A stretch of 64,000 nucleotides of DNA from Eledone cirrhosa (lineage: Eukaryota), in the NCBI GenBank assembly GCA_964016885.1, contig OZ024741.1, forward strand, positions 37,882,001 to 37,946,000. The letters are read 5' to 3'. A model generated the notes under the pieces. The model was not told where the DNA came from. It made no database searches and saw only the letters and a list, made by a program, of their open reading frames with translations. This document shows, piece by piece, positions 63,536-64,000 of this stretch; position 1 is the first letter of the stretch, and each line of letters opens with the position of its first letter. The position numbers and the translations under genes are program-made.

Positions 63536-64000
63536 GCTGTCTCACCTGGGACTTATCGCTTACCGAATGGCTGGGTTATCAATAATTACATTTAAGAAAA
63601 TCTACTAATCCCCTTTCTTAAGTGATGTAGTAAACACACACGCACGAGTATACACACAGGGTGAAAGGTGCGAAGAAAGAGTAAAAAGAGATTGTATAAC
63701 CTTGATCCCAGTAGAGAACACACCACTTACTATAGCACGGAACTGTACAGAAATAATAAGTCAGAAGTCTCACATAATATGAACATCTATACCGTGGACA
63801 TAATCTTTACCACTAACTTAACGATAGATCACTTCGTAGACAATGATATATTTAAATACAGATAAACACTACTTTGTAGAAAGCCAAACGAAGTCAATTT
63901 TCTCTCAAATAGTTTAGTAGCTCATAAGGGAAGAATATATCCAAAATTTAATAGTTTCGATTATGTAGTCGCGTGGAAAGTTGCTATATAGGTTTACAAT

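Overview
Repeat-saturated, AT-rich eukaryotic DNA with no recognisable host gene. The SINE and LINE families and the extreme (TA)n load suggest a coleoid cephalopod such as Octopus (inference). Most ORFs in the track are translated microsatellite (YIYI/CVCV) and are not genes. The real coding content is retroelement-derived: at least six families of Penelope-like elements (PLEs; RT plus C-terminal GIY-YIG endonuclease), RTE- and CRE-like LINE remnants, two non-autonomous Helitrons, MITEs and tRNA-derived SINEs. There is a 200-N gap at 7105-7304. Three structures stand out. (1) An ~18 kb palindrome has ~7.5 kb arms (9131-16730 and 19777-27273), and its right inner junction sits at the 5' truncation point of a PLE. 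(2) The same fold-back architecture recurs at scales from 0.4 to 2.8 kb. (3) About 20 type I hammerhead ribozyme motifs from roughly ten sequence families lie in short unique islands between (TA)n arrays, including a 3x tandem ~1.25 kb unit with a compensated U3-A8 catalytic core. All motifs and alignments were read by eye, so coordinates inside microsatellites are approximate.
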